The notes below the pieces were generated by a model. That model was not told where the DNA came from and ran no database searches. It worked only from the letters and a program-made list of their open reading frames with translations. DNA of 64,000 nt from Verrucomicrobiota bacterium (GTDB lineage: Bacteria; Verrucomicrobiota; Verrucomicrobiia; Limisphaerales; AAA164-E04), in NCBI GenBank assembly GCA_047947115.1, contig CP170459.1:3520001-3584000 (forward strand), read 5' to 3'. Shown here piece by piece: positions 62,701 through 64,000 of the stretch. Position 1 is the first letter of the stretch; every line of letters starts with the position of its first letter. A program made the position numbers and the translations under genes.

Positions 62701-63538
62701 GGTTGCCGTCATTGTAAACATGGACGCCGAAATGTACCAGATTGTCCGGTCCGAAACCCGCGTAGGATTGATTCACCGAGTATTCGCCCAGCAATGTTTC
62801 ATCCGAAAGATCGCCATTCGAATTGGTGTCGACCACTGCTTGCCACAGGTTGTCTGATTTGAAGACCACGCAGTCGAAGACCGGTGACGCCGGAGAAAAA
62901 TCTTTTTCCAGTTTCTCAAGAAGGTCCATGCGTTTTTCGAGATCTGCTTCCCTCGATGTTCTTTGATCTTCCGGCAGGTCTTGATCAGACCTAAGCCTTA
63001 CGAGCTCGGACTCTATGGAAGCTTTGTATGTCTCATTGGTTTTGAGCATTTCCTTTCGTAGTTCTGCTTCATAAAGATTCCACACCGATCCACCCATCAG
63101 ATCCTTTGCACGTGTCATGCCCAGATGGAAGATTCGATCCGGCAACAACCAGTCCGGATGCAGTTTCAATTCACGACCGGAAAGTCCCACGAGCGTGCCT
63201 TCATCGGATGCCTTGGCTATTTTGCTCGTGTCCACGTCGCCACTGCCGGTAGCGTCCAGAATGTCCACTATCTTGGGCAACCCCAGGGTTGTCCCTGCCA
63301 GTCCATGCGCTCCCGGATCCACGCCCGAGTCAAGGACGGCAACTCGAATCCCGCGTCCATCGTAATCCGCATGTTGCTCAAGAAAGGATCGCACCCCGGT
63401 GATCTGTTTGGGAAGAAAACCTTCATGAGAGGAGGTATCTGCTCCCATCGCCGAACACATCGGGATCAGGATGGCCAGAATAGTCCGTTGCAAACGTTGG
63501 TGTATGACCGGTATTTGGGATGGAATTGTTAGCGGCAT
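59732..63538 (-). CDS. Tripeptidyl-peptidase II-like S8 serine peptidase, full length
   Basis: YDGRGIRVAVLDSGVDPGA (Asp), TGSGDVDTS, HGTHVAG (His), MNGTSMASP (Ser), GMETG, NMSYGE and a TPPII-like helical C-terminus; start 63538 or 63574. Confidence 0.9.
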   Translation of the reverse strand: MPLTIPSQIPVIHQRLQRTILAILIPMCSAMGADTSSHEGFLPKQITGVRSFLEQHADYDGRGIRVAVLDSGVDPGAHGLAGTTLGLPKIVDILDATGSGDVDTSKIAKASDEGTLVGLSGRELKLHPDWLLPDRIFHLGMTRAKDLMGGSVWNLYEAELRKEMLKTNETYKASIESELVRLRSDQDLPEDQRTSREADLEKRMDLLEKLEKDFSPASPVFDCVVFKSDNLWQAVVDTNSNGDLSDETLLGEYSVNQSYAGFGPDNLVHFGVHVYNDGNLLSIVVPSSAHGTHVAGMIGAYYPDAPERNGIAPGVQIVSIKIGDTHLDGMETGIALQRALRMVRDLDCDLINMSYGEPSSTPNKGWFIDQVNHLVNEHNVIYVASAGNEGPALSTVGAPGGTTSAILAIGAYVHRSMMPLQYGISHAPQNTLYTWSSRGPTLDGDLGVNLCAPGGAIAPVPTSSLQPAMQMNGTSMASPYACGSISLILSGLKQKHIDWQPYQVRMALENAALFMPEIDRFSQGAGLIRVEAAFEALCQDAQDTVIRGYEIRNSSQSSGRGILLRERADLEVPTRHSISIEPIFPEEISPSQKAEFEVWASLESDADWIEFPDSVLIHRTQGKISVLVDTRHLSPGAYASYIQGKDMHSGKPLFRIPVHAMVPHPTNDSASQTWQQEISLEPGDVSRFFLSPPAWAQWAEFSIEGESLAPLDRLALHTTQLEPEKRFNEHEWKKYIRAEELSEYHGSIPVTGNRTMEWAFASYWSNRSEMNLKVHVRFRGTGRFQESLVIPAGNTIVPLSAQGIQDQIHLKPRGNLTGRLLSLIPHKHAIEASKDPRDPLVNDEPLSVLKMVYHWENTTDQPITPQWHGLSELLYDSPYSSLLWRLEDQHGRLLVQDDAWTDPISVPKGPLSLTLQIWHDDRDLLERIKNMPLVLHQNLASPLAIQINTSLSSAAALRKGDSPWRTFDRGETENLWLFVPSDSVDAQSQQNHVSALTGDLQWLDSDRHHGAKLNTRITWIPTPGIPSAKEDPTTLPDQGKDLEEMLWNTQVRHLRNMSSNPASIETFNALYENLTTKRPFSKELEDIMLTHLDGKNQSSGLDSLILHLNKMLAGIDTRSIRNYFSMRHQLKNHAEKELHQQMQENREHFLDLLHRKARSLSQLESSLDERSSAFEEALDELRTWVDTSEGVYRLLEVWEAQREASFGKALDRLSPLIKEDDQDLSLLCQRIELFQSMNWTYWADQFHLSLRERFPNREIKLKTLPPSD

Positions 63539-63578
63539 TGTTCTGGTAATAAATGATGGATGTTTAATAAGCAACTGC

Positions 63579-63998
63579 TTACTTGGTTGCTGTGTCCGGA
63601 TGAATCCACGGCTTTTTCTGTAGGGTTCTCATTGTTTGAAGGAGTTGAGAGTCATCCCGCTCCTGAATGTCTGCGTTGGTGGGGTCCATTGCCTTCAACA
63701 AGTGATGGGTTGCCGTTCGAACCTCCATCTCACCATGAAACTGATCTCTGAGGAAATGAATGCATTTCATGCATTGGAAGCCGTCGAACCATTGAAAGAA
63801 ACGGCGTTGATAAGCTTCGAACCCGGCTGTGCCTCTGAAGCATGATGTCCAACTGTTCCAACCATCCGTCGCATCCAGGAAATCTCCAATCCGGCTTGAA
63901 ACCTGATCCTTGGGGAGGAAAGTTTCATCCTTATTGGCGAAAGGATCATGAGCGCGTGCCAGTTGGAAAAACGACTTAAGATCCATGAAGGCCTCCCA
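63579..63998 (-). CDS. C-terminal fragment of a conserved protein, possibly glycosyltransferase-related, truncated by window end
   Basis: Frame open to the window edge; FFQWFDGFQCMKCIHFLRD motif. Confidence 0.45.
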   Translation of the reverse strand, partial: WEAFMDLKSFFQLARAHDPFANKDETFLPKDQVSSRIGDFLDATDGWNSWTSCFRGTAGFEAYQRRFFQWFDGFQCMKCIHFLRDQFHGEMEVRTATHHLLKAMDPTNADIQERDDSQLLQTMRTLQKKPWIHPDTATK

Positions 63999-64000
63999 GG

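Overview
A 64 kb bacterial chromosomal window, mostly core metabolism. The ECF sigma/FecR pair, prepilin/H-X9-DG protein, Tat-exported TIM barrels, fused ccoNO and split pta suggest PVC superphylum, probably Verrucomicrobiota (inference). Recognisable genes: cysK, a cbb3 oxidase operon (ccoI-ccoS-ccoNO-ccoQ-ccoP), purS-purQ-purL, polA, trpE, pta, hisC, rpoD and two convergent RND efflux systems. The most interesting items are: (1) an ECF sigma/FecR module followed by a beta-propeller/di-heme cytochrome c protein and a prepilin-like protein, with the same GTCAG-N17-CGTTT promoter-like motif before both the sigma gene and the heme gene; (2) a ~2384 aa internally duplicated membrane protein with a LysM domain inserted into only one copy, downstream of a vWA-type gene; (3) a full-length eukaryote-like tripeptidyl-peptidase II with a possible signal peptide; (4) a 5-unit GTAG-type REP doublet array; (5) an inverted heptamer microsatellite; (6) candidate structured RNAs near purL/polA and upstream of rpoD. 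No rRNA, tRNA, CRISPR array, transposase or phage gene was seen. All family calls are from motif recognition by eye, not database searches.
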